From Nostoc punctiforme PCC 73102 (GTDB lineage Bacteria > Cyanobacteriota > Cyanobacteriia > Cyanobacteriales > Nostocaceae), in NCBI RefSeq assembly GCF_000020025.1, contig NC_010628.1, positions 4,920,001-4,952,000 of the forward strand: 32,000 bases of DNA, given 5' to 3'. Under the pieces are notes generated by a model. It worked only from the letters and a program-made list of their open reading frames with translations. It did not search any database and was not told the DNA's origin. A program made the position numbers and the translations under genes. Below, piece by piece: positions 1 to 8,862 of the stretch (its first letter is position 1; every line of letters begins with the position of its first letter).

Positions 1-1241
1 TTAGGGTCAAAGCGGTTAGATTGTTGCTGTTTGCATTCATCTAAAGCTTGAGTAAATATCTGTTCCCGGCTTTGATTTGACGATTTTAGCTGATTAACTC
101 GCCACTGAAAGTCTGCCAATAATGCCAAAATTCTTGATTCTAGAGGAATTTCATCTCCAGCTAAACCTGCTGGTTCCCCAGTGCCATTCCACCACTCGCT
201 TTGGTGAGTAATAATTTGGGCAACTGCTCGTAGTCGTGGCATGGTTCGCAATACTTGCGCCCCTGGAACTAAAGGACAGGTTAAGGGACAACTGGGGGCA
301 TCTTCTTGGTAGCGTGTGGATATACTGTCAGTGAGAACGCTTTCGGCTTTCTGTAATGGATCTATGCGATGCAACAAAGCCGCCAAGCGCAATCTTTTAA
401 TTTGCCATGCGGGAAGATCCAAAAGCTGGCCGATCGCTTCAGCAAGTACCACCACTTCCGCAGCTGCCATTGGATTGTTCACATCTGCCATATCCATCAG
501 TTGCGCCATTCGCAAAAAAGCTTGGATTTCGTTAGAAACCAAGTTGCGATCTAGCGTTTGTTTCTGAGGTGCTGTGGGGATGGATAAATTATCTTGCCCA
601 GTCTGGAGGTAATCTACAACACGAGAGACAACTGCACCTAAATTTTGGGATCTGTCCATTGACGGTACAATTTGTTCTTTATCAGCCGTGAGTTTTTGAG
701 CCAGTTCTGGGTTGTATTTTTTGATGTGAGCGATCGCTATTTCTGCTGTGTCTTGCACTAACTCTGGTTCAAATGTCCACAAACCATAGAATTTGCGCTC
801 TAAGTCTGATGTCGGCACTCCAGCGCTGCCATAATCAGCCTCTGATAGTTCTTGACAAATTACCATTGCTGTGTATTTAGGCGATAAAATAATTAAGTGC
901 CACTCCTGCGCCACTGGGTCGCCTGGATCTAATCCCACTAAGTCTACATTGGGTAGCTGGCTGGTAGGATGTTCAGCAAAGCCAGATTCAGAGGCAGCCA
1001 TGATGGCAATATGACGGCTGTACTGGGCGATGTCTGCATATCGTTCAGCTTCTTGTAGATACCATTTCCCCTGTTGAAAGGCTGTGATGACTAGGGGTGT
1101 ACCGTCATCGGCTAAGATATGGTCTTCTAGAGCGTGGCACAGAGCAACTAGGGTATTTTTGTAGTAAACACCGAATCGAATTGGCCTGGTGGTATGGCGA
1201 TGGGCTGTTTCTAGCTTTTGTAGTATTGAACCTTCTAACAT
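1..1241 (-). CDS. DICT-domain protein with a degenerate HD-GYP-like C-terminal domain (3' end runs off the window start)
   Basis: The minus-strand frame is open from ATG at 1241..1239 to position 1. It is absent from the ORF track because it has no stop inside the window. I translated it by hand as MLEGSILQKLETAHRHTTRPIRFGVYYKNTLVALCHALEDHIL..PLVITAFQQGKWYLQEAERYADIA, which is a DICT-like pattern from memory. The C-terminal part has HD-GYP layout, but HR replaces HD (codons 371..366) and HQSEWWNGTGEPAGL replaces HHE..GYP. Confidence 0.6.
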   Translation of the reverse strand, partial: MLEGSILQKLETAHRHTTRPIRFGVYYKNTLVALCHALEDHILADDGTPLVITAFQQGKWYLQEAERYADIAQYSRHIAIMAASESGFAEHPTSQLPNVDLVGLDPGDPVAQEWHLIILSPKYTAMVICQELSEADYGSAGVPTSDLERKFYGLWTFEPELVQDTAEIAIAHIKKYNPELAQKLTADKEQIVPSMDRSQNLGAVVSRVVDYLQTGQDNLSIPTAPQKQTLDRNLVSNEIQAFLRMAQLMDMADVNNPMAAAEVVVLAEAIGQLLDLPAWQIKRLRLAALLHRIDPLQKAESVLTDSISTRYQEDAPSCPLTCPLVPGAQVLRTMPRLRAVAQIITHQSEWWNGTGEPAGLAGDEIPLESRILALLADFQWRVNQLKSSNQSREQIFTQALDECKQQQSNRFDP

Positions 1242-1310
1242 GGGATTTGGTAAAAATAACCGCAGAGGCGCAGAGGACACAGAGGAAGAGAGGGGGAGAA
1301 ATTCAGTTTT

Positions 1311-2885
1311 TTAGGATATACCTGCTAACTGTTTTTCTTTCGTTTCCATTGGTGCGGAAAGTGCTGCTTCTAAATCGGCACAACCCAGTTTTTCCTCCAA
1401 GATGTTCATGACTTCGCGTCCGAAGTCGTTGGGGTTTTGTTGCCAAGCTTGCAAGCAGACTTCACCGAAGAATGAACCAAGGGGTTCGGGATTCCAGAGG
1501 AGTTTTTTGGCTGTCCACGGCATCAAACTCATTGGATCATACCCTGGTTTGAGGATGCCTTCTTTGAAAGCGTATTCTTCTAAATGGGTATGAGGTTGCA
1601 ACCCAATAAAAAAGATAGCAGGTTCGACTTTATCAGCACCAAAAATTCGTTCTAGTTCACGGTGGTAAGCGATGGTTTGGCGGATGGTTTCGGGACGTTC
1701 GTCAATAACGTTAAAGGAGTAGTTGACGGAAACTAAGTCATTGAAACCAGCTGCTTTTAAGTCACGGCAGTTTTGCAAAACGGTTCGCAGGTTGTACCCC
1801 ATCCGCATTTTCCGCACGAGTTCTTGAGAACCACTGGTAATGCCGATTTCAAAGTAATTCATCCCGGTTTTCGCCATCAAGTCGCACAACTCTGGTGTCA
1901 AATTGTCGGCTCTGATATATGCTGCCCAGTGGATATCTGTCATACCAGAATCGACGATTTTTTGCAATAGTTCAATGGCATCGTCGATAAATTTTCGTGC
2001 GGGGATAAATTGGGCATCGGTAAACCAAAAGTTGCGAATGCCGCGATCGTATAATTGGCGCATCTCAGCAACTACTTCATCTGCTGGGTTGATGCGTACT
2101 TGTTTGCCTTCGACAACCGTATAGACGCAATAACAACAGTTGTGGGGACAACCACGCTTAGTTTGTACACCTATATAAAAGTCTTCTTCTTGCAGGTAAA
2201 AGTTAAATTCCGGCCAGATGGTTTCGATATAGTCGTAGTTACAAGCTGTTTTTTCTAGTGGGGTAGGTTGTTCGTGAATCAGGCGTTTTCGTGGTTGCGT
2301 TTCTCCCGCAACGTAACAGCGTTCATCTCGAAAATCTTTGCCACTTAAAAGTTTTTCCAGCAGAGTTTCGCCTTCACCCACAGAAATAATTGTCCCTTGG
2401 GGTAAGCTTTTACCCAACTGTTCGTAAAATACGCTAACTGCACCACCACCTACAACGACACGGGCATTAGAATTATATTTTTGGGCACGCTTTAAACCGC
2501 GTTTGATTAAGCCCTGGTTTCGCCATAACTCTACATAGTAAGCGATGAAAATTCGTAAACCGCCCAATCCGCCACGTAGTTTTAATAGAGGATTCTTAGC
2601 GTAGTAAAATTCAAAGGCGTTTTGCAGTGGGTTGCCACCACGTCCGCCAACTGGGGCATAAATTTGAATATCGCGCCAAGAAAATACTAGCAGTGTCGGT
2701 TTAAATTCATCGATACAGCGATCCAAAGCAGAATTGTAGTCTAAAGGTGGCACCGTTCCTAAATCGAAGATGCGCTGTTCAATATTAGGAAACTGCTTAT
2801 GGACATGATCGCTCAAGTAGACAACCCCAATAGGAAAGATGGGGTTACAAGGAAGGCGAACGTAAAGAATTCGATTTTCCATCAT
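1311..2885 (-). CDS. Radical SAM protein with an N-terminal B12-binding-like domain (cyanobacterial family, possibly the one named PSII high-light acclimation radical SAM protein)
   Basis: The ORF track gives 1311..2936 (541 aa). The radical SAM cluster motif CPHNCCYCVY (CxxxCxxC) is present. The conserved-looking N-terminus MMENRILYVRLPCNPIFPIG suggests the true start is ATG 2885 or 2882, not 2936. The family name comes from memory only. Confidence 0.8.
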   Translation of the reverse strand: MMENRILYVRLPCNPIFPIGVVYLSDHVHKQFPNIEQRIFDLGTVPPLDYNSALDRCIDEFKPTLLVFSWRDIQIYAPVGGRGGNPLQNAFEFYYAKNPLLKLRGGLGGLRIFIAYYVELWRNQGLIKRGLKRAQKYNSNARVVVGGGAVSVFYEQLGKSLPQGTIISVGEGETLLEKLLSGKDFRDERCYVAGETQPRKRLIHEQPTPLEKTACNYDYIETIWPEFNFYLQEEDFYIGVQTKRGCPHNCCYCVYTVVEGKQVRINPADEVVAEMRQLYDRGIRNFWFTDAQFIPARKFIDDAIELLQKIVDSGMTDIHWAAYIRADNLTPELCDLMAKTGMNYFEIGITSGSQELVRKMRMGYNLRTVLQNCRDLKAAGFNDLVSVNYSFNVIDERPETIRQTIAYHRELERIFGADKVEPAIFFIGLQPHTHLEEYAFKEGILKPGYDPMSLMPWTAKKLLWNPEPLGSFFGEVCLQAWQQNPNDFGREVMNILEEKLGCADLEAALSAPMETKEKQLAGIS

Positions 2886-3477
2886 TTGTGTTTTGACTTC
2901 CATCTTGCCAATCTTTGGAGAAAGCGAGAAAAACATCCAGTTTTAAAGTACGTGCTTGTTTTATTCGGTTTTAATTATCACAATGCCCTTGACATTTCAT
3001 TGAATTGCTGGTAATGAGAAAACTAATATTAGCAATTGCAGGAAACGCTAAAATTGCTATGCATAAAACATACATAGAATTTATAGATAGGCTTTATGAA
3101 GATATTTTTCATATAGCTTTACCATAACATTGAGTTTATTCATTAAGCGATGATCCCAGCCTATTAATCCTGGGATAGATAAAACGGCAAAACTCCCTTA
3201 CTCGCTAGGCGAAAAGCAAGGGGATCGTCGTCTTATCTGCCCTAAGAGAATTAAAGCTTTGATACCAGGATAAAAATCTTAAAAACTTTTGTGTATAGTG
3301 TATAATTCCGAAAAAGCTACAAATAATTACAAAATTTTTATAACTACAAATATATCTTTAGGAAGAAATAATCTCCAAAGACACAGTTGGTATTCACAGT
3401 TACAGCAACTGGGGATCAGTGGGTGCTAGGCTTGGCTGGTGTAATGTAAAATTGTGGCGTAAAGCTCCTCAGCAGTT

Positions 3478-3858
3478 ATGGCTCAAATATTAGATCCTCT
3501 ACCACCAGAGCAATCGGGAAAAATTCTCTGCTGCTACATTAATGCCACGAGCAAAATACAGGTGGCTCGCATCTGCAATATTCCCAACTGGTACTTTGAA
3601 AGGGTTGTTTTCCCTGGACAACGTTTAGTTTTTGAAGCTCCGCGAAAAGGTCAATTGGAGATTCATACAGGGATGATAGCAAGTGCAATTTTATCCGATA
3701 AGATTCCGTGCGATCGCCTGATGCTCGAAGAAACCAGTACTCATGAGTTTGATACAGACTCATTATCTGGAAAAGACCCTCTTAATACCAAATCATTGGT
3801 GCAGCAAATTAATACAAACACTGGAGATAGTATAAAACCCTTACAAGTCGCTCTTTAG
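3478..3858 (+). CDS. DUF1830-like small cyanobacterial protein
   Basis: This is a 126-aa ORF. The segment CCYINATSKIQVARICNIPNWYFERVVFPGQRLVFEA matches my memory of DUF1830. A terminator hairpin follows the gene. Confidence 0.65.
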   Translation: MAQILDPLPPEQSGKILCCYINATSKIQVARICNIPNWYFERVVFPGQRLVFEAPRKGQLEIHTGMIASAILSDKIPCDRLMLEETSTHEFDTDSLSGKDPLNTKSLVQQINTNTGDSIKPLQVAL

Positions 3859-3895
3859 GAGCTGTTAATTAAAAAAAACAATTTGACTCAATTTT

Positions 3896-3924
3896 AGGGT
3901 TGCTGAATTCGGCAGCCCTTTTTA
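3896..3924 (+). terminator. Rho-independent terminator after the DUF1830-like gene
   Basis: The stem pairs AGGGTTGCTG (3896-3905) with CGGCAGCCCT (3910-3919) and includes two G-U pairs. The loop is AATT, and a T-run follows at 3920-3923. Confidence 0.6.
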
Positions 3925-4040
3925 TATTGGGCATGGGACATGGAAACAAGGAGAGTTGGGGACAAGGGAAAAGACTTGTTGCAATTTCTCTCTTTATCTC
4001 CTGATCTCCCCACTGCCCACTCTCATCTACAATCATTCTT

Positions 4041-4499
4041 ATGAATCTGCCTTCATTTCTTTGGTTGTGGAAAATAGCCGCATGGTCGATGGGTTTGTCC
4101 CTGCTGGCATATCTGATGTTAGCAATCACCGGCGTTTGGATGTTTCGGGCGAGAACTTCGCAACAATTTCCTTTTACGCCATTTATGGGCGGAAATAGGG
4201 AGGTGCGATCGCTCCACTACTTAATGGGCATCAGCATGGTAAGTTTAGTGCTACTATTGCTAGCGATCGGCATTGTTGGCACTTTAGGACACTTTGGTTC
4301 TTTAGGTCACTCGTCACACCTGGCATCTGGATTGATAGTGGTAGCATTAGTTTTACTGTCTGCTTTCAGTGCCACGCAAATTAGTGCTAGACGGTCTTGG
4401 GCTAGACCTTTACACATCGGCGTAAATATTATTCTATTTGTAGGATTTGCCTGGGTGTCCCTTACTGGTTGGATTGTAGTGCAAAAGTATTTACCCTAA
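4041..4499 (+). CDS. Small integral membrane protein (DUF4079-like, about 4 TM helices)
   Basis: This is a 152-aa ORF with four long hydrophobic stretches. The family assignment is from memory and is uncertain. Confidence 0.6.
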   Translation: MNLPSFLWLWKIAAWSMGLSLLAYLMLAITGVWMFRARTSQQFPFTPFMGGNREVRSLHYLMGISMVSLVLLLLAIGIVGTLGHFGSLGHSSHLASGLIVVALVLLSAFSATQISARRSWARPLHIGVNIILFVGFAWVSLTGWIVVQKYLP

Positions 4500-4590
4500 A
4501 GAATTACGAATTACTAATTGTTATTATGTTCAGCAGTCCAGCTAAGACATAGACCTACCCTACAATGAAGAAAAGCATTGTAATTGAGCC

Positions 4591-5157
4591 GTGACAGCAA
4601 ATTCAGCCAATATCTCAGCTTCTGTCTTTCGTTTGTCTCCTTTGATTCGGATAACGTTGCTGAGTCTATACGTAGCACTCACAGTCCCATTACCTTTTTT
4701 ATCGCAGGTAACAGCCGCACCCGTACCTCCAATATTATTGTGGATAGGGATTAGCATCGGCTTAGTTGCCTTGTATGCAGTATTGACTGAACAAGTAATG
4801 GTAGATGACCAGGGAATTCAGGTTACTTACCCCGCCTGGGTTCCTCGCTTTTTCCGTAAAGGCTGGTTTTTACCTTGGTCAGAGGTGAAAGAGTTAAAAC
4901 CTCGCAGCACTGGTCAAGGAGGCTTAGTTTATTACTTCCTCAGCCAGGATGGGAAAGCTTATTTACTACCGATGCGTGTATCTGGATTTGCCCGTTTCGT
5001 GCAAATTGTCCAAGCAAAGACAGGCATTGATACTACAGATGTTCGCCCTTTAGCACAGCCGTGGATGTACCTGATTTTACTAGTATTGACACTGCTGCTA
5101 CTATTGGTCGATGGCTGGGCGATCGCTACAGCTTTAACTACTGCACAACTAACTTAA
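4591..5157 (+). CDS. Hypothetical membrane protein (N- and C-terminal TM helices flanking a soluble domain)
   Basis: This is a 188-aa ORF with a GTG start. Hydrophobic segments lie at both ends around a soluble core (VMVDDQGIQVTYPAWVPRFFRKGWFLPWSEVKEL). No known family was recognised. Confidence 0.55.
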   Translation: MTANSANISASVFRLSPLIRITLLSLYVALTVPLPFLSQVTAAPVPPILLWIGISIGLVALYAVLTEQVMVDDQGIQVTYPAWVPRFFRKGWFLPWSEVKELKPRSTGQGGLVYYFLSQDGKAYLLPMRVSGFARFVQIVQAKTGIDTTDVRPLAQPWMYLILLVLTLLLLLVDGWAIATALTTAQLT

Positions 5158-5198
5158 AATTGGGCATTGGTTATTTCTCCCCTATCTCCCCACTCCCC

Positions 5199-5966
5199 TT
5201 GAATAAGGTAATACTCAGGCTAGAGCAAGTTAATCTGTTTACAAAGCTGAAAACCCAACTTCCCGGCAATCAGCAAGGGTATCCCATATTGCGAGATATT
5301 GACTTGGAAGTATTTCAGGGCGAACGCATTGCCATTGTAGGGTCAGTAGGCGCTGGTAAAACTTCGTTATTACGCCTCATCAACCGCCTAATTGAACCCA
5401 CTAGTGGCAAAATCTATCTAGAAAATCAAGAATATCGCCAAATTCCTGTCATCCAGCTACGTCAGATGCTTGTACTTGTATTGCAAGAGTCAAAGCTGTT
5501 AGGGATGACAGTTCAACAAGCCTTGGCTTATCCTTTAGTTTTGCGTGGTTTGCCCAAACAGACAATTCAGCAACAAGTCAGTTATTGGACAGAACAACTG
5601 CACATTCCCAATGAATGGTTAGGGCGAACTGAGGTACAACTTTCTGCTGGACAACGACAACTAGTAGCGATCGCTCGTGCCTTACTCATCCAGCCTAAAA
5701 TATTATTATTAGACGAACCAACCTCTGCCCTTGATGCTGGTACAGCTTCTCATCTAATGCAAGTCTTAAACCAGTTGAGTCAAACTCATCAAACCACGAT
5801 TCTGATGGTAAATCACCAACTGGAACTTGACCAAATGTTTTGTACTCGATTATTACACCTAGAACAAGGTCGTTTATCCACAAATCAAACAGTCTCTGAG
5901 ATAGACTGGCTTGAATTACGAGAAAGTTTAATTCAAGCAGAAGCTCAGGACGATTTTGGATTTTAG
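5199..5966 (+). CDS. ABC transporter ATP-binding protein
   Basis: Walker A GSVGAGKTS, ABC signature LSAGQRQ and Walker B ILLLDEPTSALD are all present. The ORF track starts at 5061 and overlaps the upstream gene. The in-frame TTG at 5199 (LNKVILRLEQV) gives a typical ATPase of about 255 aa, so the start is uncertain. Confidence 0.85.
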   Translation: MNKVILRLEQVNLFTKLKTQLPGNQQGYPILRDIDLEVFQGERIAIVGSVGAGKTSLLRLINRLIEPTSGKIYLENQEYRQIPVIQLRQMLVLVLQESKLLGMTVQQALAYPLVLRGLPKQTIQQQVSYWTEQLHIPNEWLGRTEVQLSAGQRQLVAIARALLIQPKILLLDEPTSALDAGTASHLMQVLNQLSQTHQTTILMVNHQLELDQMFCTRLLHLEQGRLSTNQTVSEIDWLELRESLIQAEAQDDFGF

Positions 5967-5986
5967 ATTTTGGATTTTAGATTTTG
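5952..5986. repeat. Heptamer tandem repeat GATTTTR x5 (STRR-type)
   Basis: The sequence reads directly as gattttg gatttta gattttg gatttta gattttg. It overlaps the stop of the ABC ATPase gene. Confidence 0.9.
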
Positions 5987-6030
5987 AATTGGTTAGGAGA
6001 CAGGAGTTAAGAGTCGTTATCTTACTTTCT

Positions 6031-6058
6031 CAATTCCCAATTCCCAATGCCCAATTCC
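6031..6058. repeat. Heptamer tandem repeat CAATKCC x4 (reverse complement of the array at 19101-19194)
   Basis: The sequence reads directly as caattcc caattcc caatgcc caattcc. It lies between two convergent genes. Confidence 0.9.
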
Positions 6059-6061
6059 CCA

Positions 6062-6835
6062 TCACACTTGACTACTAGTAAGTGTTGAACGTTGATTATT
6101 AAATCTTTCTCTAGCTAACTTTGTTGTTTGTGATTGTGAAATATTGGTATTCAAAATTTCCATGTTAAAACGGTATCCTACATTGCGGATAGTTTGAATC
6201 AAGTTTGGTTGGCGAGGATCAAGTTCAACCTTTTTCCGCAGTGATAAAACGTGAGTATCAATGGTACGAGGGTTATCGATAGCGTCGGGCCAAGCACGAC
6301 GCAGCAATTCCGACCTACTCAGAGGTACTCCTCCAGCTTGTGCCAAAACGTACAACAAACTGAATTCTTGGGGCGTTAAATCGATAAACTCACCCTGGAA
6401 GCGGACACGGCGCTGGACTAAATCTATTTGCAAAGTGCCATAATCCAAATAAGCTGGTGCAGTAGGTGTGCGTTTCCGGCGAATCAGTGCCTCTACCCGT
6501 GCCAAAAACTCTTGCATCCCAAAAGGTTTACTCAGGTAATCATCTGCACCCGCCTTTAAACCTGCGACGATATCACCTTCACTATTACGAGCAGATAGCA
6601 TTAAAATTAGAGGCTGCTGCTGACGATGCAACCAACGACAAAACTCAATGCCATCACCATCAGGCAGGTCTGCATCCAATACTACCAGTGTTGGTTGATG
6701 GCTTAAAAATACTTCCCTTGCTTGATAAATACTGGCAGCTTGATGCACACGGTATTCCAGCTGTTGCAAGTGCCAACCCAACAACGACCTCAGATGGGGA
6801 TTCCCCTCAATGATTTCTATACAAACCGAACCCAC
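6062..6835 (-). CDS. OmpR-family response regulator (receiver plus winged-helix DNA-binding domain) with an atypical acidic pocket
   Basis: This is a 257-aa ORF with a GTG start. Receiver motifs are LVVLDADLPDGDG, LSAR and SKPF. The C-terminal segment LTPQEFSLLYVLA...RTIDTHVLSLRKK..IQTIRNVGYRF is typical of OmpR/PhoB effector domains. Confidence 0.9.
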   Translation of the reverse strand: MGSVCIEIIEGNPHLRSLLGWHLQQLEYRVHQAASIYQAREVFLSHQPTLVVLDADLPDGDGIEFCRWLHRQQQPLILMLSARNSEGDIVAGLKAGADDYLSKPFGMQEFLARVEALIRRKRTPTAPAYLDYGTLQIDLVQRRVRFQGEFIDLTPQEFSLLYVLAQAGGVPLSRSELLRRAWPDAIDNPRTIDTHVLSLRKKVELDPRQPNLIQTIRNVGYRFNMEILNTNISQSQTTKLARERFNNQRSTLTSSQV

Positions 6836-7413
6836 GGCGGCAAGACCCCTTAGCGTCTGATGACTTTCAAAGTAACAAGCCCATCTCTAAGGTTTTGTAG
6901 CCTTTGTTACTTCAACTGCTATTAGCTTTACATTTCCTCATAAAAAGCGTGGCAATATCTTTAATTTATGCCTTGCCGATAGGGGATTAGAAATATTATT
7001 AAATTTTTATTAAATTTCTCAGCAGTGTTGTTAGACGTATCAAAAATTCTTGTAGCTTAACATTCTGCTCTTAATAGGTGTAATGTAGAAATATCTATAA
7101 CCAATCAGCCAAACGTTAATACAACAGCTTTTCAACCTGATGGTAAAAGTAGATTTAACCGCAAAATTACTGACCTCATCCAGGAATATAATACCAATAT
7201 AATTGGGCCATTGAATATGAAAATCAGATAAATAACTCAGCAGATAACTAGAATCGATGTTTTCTGGAATAGGATTAAAGTAGCTTGTAGCTGCTAGGGG
7301 TAGTACCCAAAGTAGATGTGTTGACTTTGAATTAATGCCAAAGTGAAATTACACTTCACATTTGAGCGTGAATCATTTACAATTCTCATTCCAAAGAGAT
7401 TAATACAGCAGTT

Positions 7414-7662
7414 ATGCTCCAAGACACACAAACCATCCGCTATTACCAAAGACTCACCGACGCCTTCGTCGAGTTATGGAATCGCGGTTATCGCACGGAT
7501 GATATGCGGATGTATTTGGATGGATATCTAGCCGCACTGCGACATAGCAACGTTATTGAACCTTATCTGATTCATCGTCTAGAAGAGGAAGCCAGCCGCT
7601 ACTTGTACGATGGGTCAAACTTTGCAGTGCCGCAACCACAGCCACAACCAGATTACTACTAA
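7414..7662 (+). CDS. Conserved small cyanobacterial hypothetical protein
   Basis: This is an 82-aa ORF (MLQDTQTIRYYQRLTDAFVELWNRGYRTDDMRMYLDGYLAALRH...). I recall similar proteins being widespread in cyanobacteria. The function is unknown. Confidence 0.55.
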   Translation: MLQDTQTIRYYQRLTDAFVELWNRGYRTDDMRMYLDGYLAALRHSNVIEPYLIHRLEEEASRYLYDGSNFAVPQPQPQPDYY

Positions 7663-7848
7663 GTACCATTTACTTGGTCATTGATAGTAACCGTTAATTA
7701 CCGCAGATGATTATAGCATATTATCTGTATTGGTCAACGGGTTGCCGTGGTGTGAGATTTTGGAGATATTGTATTGATTAAACGCATCCCCTCAGCCTTA
7801 TATTGGTCTTGCCAATACGACTGAGGGGATTGTTGACTAAAACCTATT

Positions 7849-7893
7849 AAAAAGCCTTGAAAGGGGAGATAAATAGTGTCTCTCCTTTCAAGG
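7849..7893 (-). terminator. Rho-independent terminator downstream of the bolA-grx pair
   Basis: On the minus strand, CCTTGAAAGGAGAGA pairs with TCTCCCCTTTCAAGG with one mismatch. CTTTTT follows the stem, seen as aaaaag at 7849-7854 on the plus strand. Confidence 0.6.
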
Positions 7894-7968
7894 ACATTAA
7901 AAACGGCACATTGCCTTGATAAAGAAGCGCAAATTGAGCGCATTCCTTCTAGTTTGGTTAGAGAAACA

Positions 7969-8292
7969 TTAGGAAGCTAGTGCTACTTCTACCTTTTGCT
8001 GCAATTCACCTTTTTGATAAAGTTCAATCAAGATATCAGAACCGCCAACAAATTCACCATTGATATACACTTGGGGAATTGTTGGCCAGTTAGAGTATTC
8101 TTTAATTCCTTGACGGATTTCAGAGTCTGATAGAACGTCAACCGTCTCGAAGGGAACTCCCAAGGTATTGAGAATCTGCACAACGTTGTTGGAGAAACCA
8201 CATTGGGGCATTAATTTGTTTCCCTTCATGAAAACTAGAATTTTGTTCTGTTGTAGCAAGTTATCAATTTTCTCTTTCAGTTCTGGTGTCAT
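7969..8292 (-). CDS. grxD: Monothiol (Grx4-family, CGFS) glutaredoxin
   Basis: This is a 107-aa ORF with the CGFS active site (PQCGFS) and the WPTIPQVYINGEFVGG motif. Confidence 0.92.
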   Translation of the reverse strand: MTPELKEKIDNLLQQNKILVFMKGNKLMPQCGFSNNVVQILNTLGVPFETVDVLSDSEIRQGIKEYSNWPTIPQVYINGEFVGGSDILIELYQKGELQQKVEVALAS

Positions 8293-8377
8293 GGTACTTG
8301 TGTTTCCTATGTTGCATTCAACGATGATGAGTGAGGAGTTAAAAATTTTATAACTCCTAACTCCTATACTCCTAACT

Positions 8378-8635
8378 TTAGGAACTTGCTGTTGCTTGCC
8401 AAGCTTCGGGAGTGTATGTTTTTACCGCCAAGGCATGAATCGCTTCAGTTGACATAGCTTGACCCAACGCACCATAAACTAACTGGTGCTGTTGCACTAG
8501 TCCTTTACCTGCAAAGTGCGATGAAACTACTGTCACTTGATAGTGGTCGCCGCCACCAGTCAAGTCTTGCACCTGAACCTGTGCGTCTGGCAGTTCCGCC
8601 TTGATCATTGTCTCAACCTGCTGCGGACTAATCAT
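8378..8635 (-). CDS. BolA-family protein
   Basis: This is an 85-aa ORF with [31 protein letters not shown] and [11 protein letters not shown], which is the BolA pattern. It sits directly upstream of the CGFS glutaredoxin. Confidence 0.88.
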   Translation of the reverse strand: MISPQQVETMIKAELPDAQVQVQDLTGGGDHYQVTVVSSHFAGKGLVQQHQLVYGALGQAMSTEAIHALAVKTYTPEAWQATASS

Positions 8636-8862
8636 CGCAATTCCTGAAAAAACTTACTTTTCTATTATTAACAGATATGGAGTAAATGCCTGTGCCAACT
8701 TCAGGTTTTGGCAAGGCTGTAGATAAACCCGCTTCTGAGGTGTATTTTTGAGAACGCTCAGGTTTTGGCTACGGCGGATAGCTCTATCTTAGCACTGGGG
8801 CGTTCCCAAGCGACTGGTTAAGGAGATAAGGGAGATGGAAAAACAGGCAACAAAAATTTAAT

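Noticed and set aside
316-567. Plus-strand ORFs of 83 aa and 61 aa
   Set aside because: They are antisense to the long open DICT/HD-GYP-like frame that spans 1-1241.
3869-4198. ORFs 3869..4129 (-) and 3956..4198 (+)
   Set aside because: They overlap the terminator, the intergenic region and the start of the membrane-protein gene at 4041. The 152-aa frame with four TM helices is the coherent one.
5061-5198. N-terminal 46-codon extension of the ABC ATPase ORF
   Set aside because: The extension overlaps the 3' end of the upstream membrane-protein gene and has no ATPase-like sequence. The in-frame TTG at 5199 gives a canonical-length protein. The start remains uncertain.
5952-6058. Possible CRISPR array, suggested by the regularly spaced short repeats (also at 14079-14113 and 19101-19256)
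   Set aside because: The units are contiguous 7-nt tandem repeats without spacers. They are far shorter than CRISPR repeats and no cas genes are present. They fit STRR-type repeats.
7343-7531. 62-aa ORF overlapping the start of the 82-aa conserved hypothetical
   Set aside because: It is in a different frame from the ORF whose sequence I recognise as conserved, and its peptide has no features.
7734-7943. 69-aa minus-strand ORF downstream of the glutaredoxin gene
   Set aside because: It spans the terminator hairpin and a second 10-bp hairpin (7784-7835), and I found no coding signature.
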